NCBI RefSeq assembly: GCF_001194135.2
Contig: NC_068981.1
Span: 76,130,454-76,184,292 of the forward strand
Source: Octopus bimaculoides
Taxonomy: Eukaryota
Length of the DNA stretch: 53,839 nucleotides
Reading direction: 5' to 3'
The notes beneath the pieces were generated by a model. The model did no database searches. It had not been told where the DNA came from and saw only the letters and a list, made by a program, of their open reading frames with translations. Shown here one piece after another: positions 51,788 through 53,839 of the stretch. The position numbers and the translations under genes are program-made. How positions within the stretch are numbered: position 1 is the stretch's first letter; every line of letters starts with the position of its first letter.

Positions 51788-53807
51788 GCAATTATCAAAA
51801 CGGTGTCCACACCTACAAAAAGCATGTAACCTCCTTGCTTGATATGTTGTAATATTGTTTATCATAGGACTCTAGCTTCTAAATACTCGTTTCTAAATGA
51901 AATTGTATAAACCATTCAAATTCTTTTGTTTATTTATTGTAAAAACGACTTTCTAATGGGAATTTAAATATGACTAAATCTATTACTATACCTGCCCTCT
52001 ACTCCTGCAAACATTTGAGATCGTTTTTTCAATTACGAATACCTCACTCCCTATGAACCAATCAAATTCTCAAACTTCTACTAGTCATAATCTACATTCC
52101 CAAGACACATTTAACATCAGACTACTTGAACTTTTCTTACCCGTGTTAACAATTCATCCTCTTAATATACAAATTGTTTTAGGATCCTTGTCCTCTCAGC
52201 CATATAAAGTTTGCATCGTCTATACGCTTGACTCTGGCGTCTTCTGAAATCCCCAAAGCGAGGTATTTAGTCGATGCCCGCATAGAAGAAAGTGTATGTT
52301 GAAGACATGGAAATCTTTTGCTTGCTCACTATTGAACGGATATCGTACACAAATTGGTACGTTTCGTTTAGGCTTAGAACTGATCAAAGAAATGTAAATC
52401 CATCTCGCCCAGTTTACTGGAATAAGTAATCTTAATTATATTAATGTGAAGGTGTAATTACAAGAGAAGTGTGACTGAAAGGGAATGTAATACATTTATG
52501 AAAAGTACATATTTATGAACCCTAGTTTAGAAATCACAAGTATTTCATCTCGTGACTTGTTTAAAAGTGATAATCACCAAAGTTTTATTCACGAGTATGC
52601 GGATATGTGATAGATGTGTTATAAGGTTTGGTGTTGTAGTCATCGTAGGAGTGCAGTGTCTATCTTTCAACAAATCTTACCTTTATAGCATAAACGCTTG
52701 CCAATAATGAATGTAAAAAATGATTCAAAAATGGACTTCAAAACTCATCCCTTCTTAATTTTCATTCAGGTCGCTTATCCTAATGTCTACATGAATCTTA
52801 TATGATATTGAAACACTTCAAAATTCTAATTTATACCAACAGGTAGAGATGAATGGTTTATTCAGAACAAACATTTTATATATGCTGACTACTCATTGAT
52901 TTATACTATGAGTACCGCATTGATTTTTATTCCATAAGTACAAAGTTTATACTATGTTCTATCTTTACCATAGCATATCTTTTGTACCATCATTAATTCT
53001 TTCTCACTCATAACTTATTTTGCCAACGAACTAAAATCTACTTGCAACAGTAAATATTTGTCTTAACAACAACTGCACATGCTATTTTTATACTAACACA
53101 AATTACTATGTAGAAAATGTTTTTGTGCAATGTTATAATTTGTATAATTTCATACTCACACACATTTTCCCACTCAGTGCTAATTTGATCATTTTACTAA
53201 AATCTATTCCTATTAGAATTTAAAATTTAAATTTAATTTCGTTTACTTTACATTAGTGATTTCCATTTTAACACGTATATGTTTATACACGTGCATCTCA
53301 TTAGATTGTGTCAAAATGGTACTACCCTGCTATAGCGATCATTTCTGAATTATACTAAAACATATTTTTACCTCCATTTCAAATGTAAATTTATGTTGGA
53401 ACAGTTACTATTACCAGCTTCGTTCACATACATATTGATTTATATATTACATGCGTCTAATTCAAGTAATAGAAAAACTTCACCTATTAAAATAACTATT
53501 TCTGAATTAACCTGATAGTGTTAGGGATACATTTCATTAATACACGACTATTCGCGTATTGTTATATCTTTTATGGCCCTTAAAATTTCCTGCATTCTTA
53601 TTTCCTGAGTTATAAAACAATACGTTGAAACAGTTAATAGGGCATATTATTAAATATCCACCAATTTTCTTAATATAACAATCTCTTTTCATATACTTGA
53701 ACTGTATTCACGCATAAGAACAGACACTAGACAAAAGACTATATAGATACTCTGTATCACACATACGTGCCAATTTATCACATGGGGCATTCCCATTAAC
53801 TTACATA

Positions 53808-53839
<32 letters not shown>

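Overview
AT-rich eukaryotic genomic DNA from a draft scaffold, with 18 N-gaps totalling about 6.4 kb (~12%) and very dense di-, tri- and tetranucleotide microsatellites. The repeat complement (tRNA-derived SINEs, many R4/Dong-type LINE fragments, microsatellite load) resembles a cephalopod, probably Octopus; this is an inference. The only host-gene sequence I can support is two + strand exons (34185-34451 and 41527-41672). They splice in phase and encode tandem PAN/Apple domains of a large-intron, probably extracellular protein whose other exons are outside the window or unrecognised. The rest is a transposon graveyard: a CR1-like LINE, six R4/Dong fragments, two mariners, a Helitron relic, a deleted Ty3/gypsy element with an internal inversion, several SINE families, and weaker hAT and Penelope-like relics. 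Almost all ORFs in the supplied track are microsatellite, gap or TE artefacts. I see no prokaryotic-type system, CRISPR array, rRNA or functional tRNA, and cannot claim a new biological system. The leads most worth testing are a 227-bp element whose terminal inverted repeats each contain a 10-bp hairpin (9796-10022), a degenerate hammerhead-ribozyme-like core (14296-14362) beside an unexplained complex repeat (13211-14250), and the PAN-domain gene.
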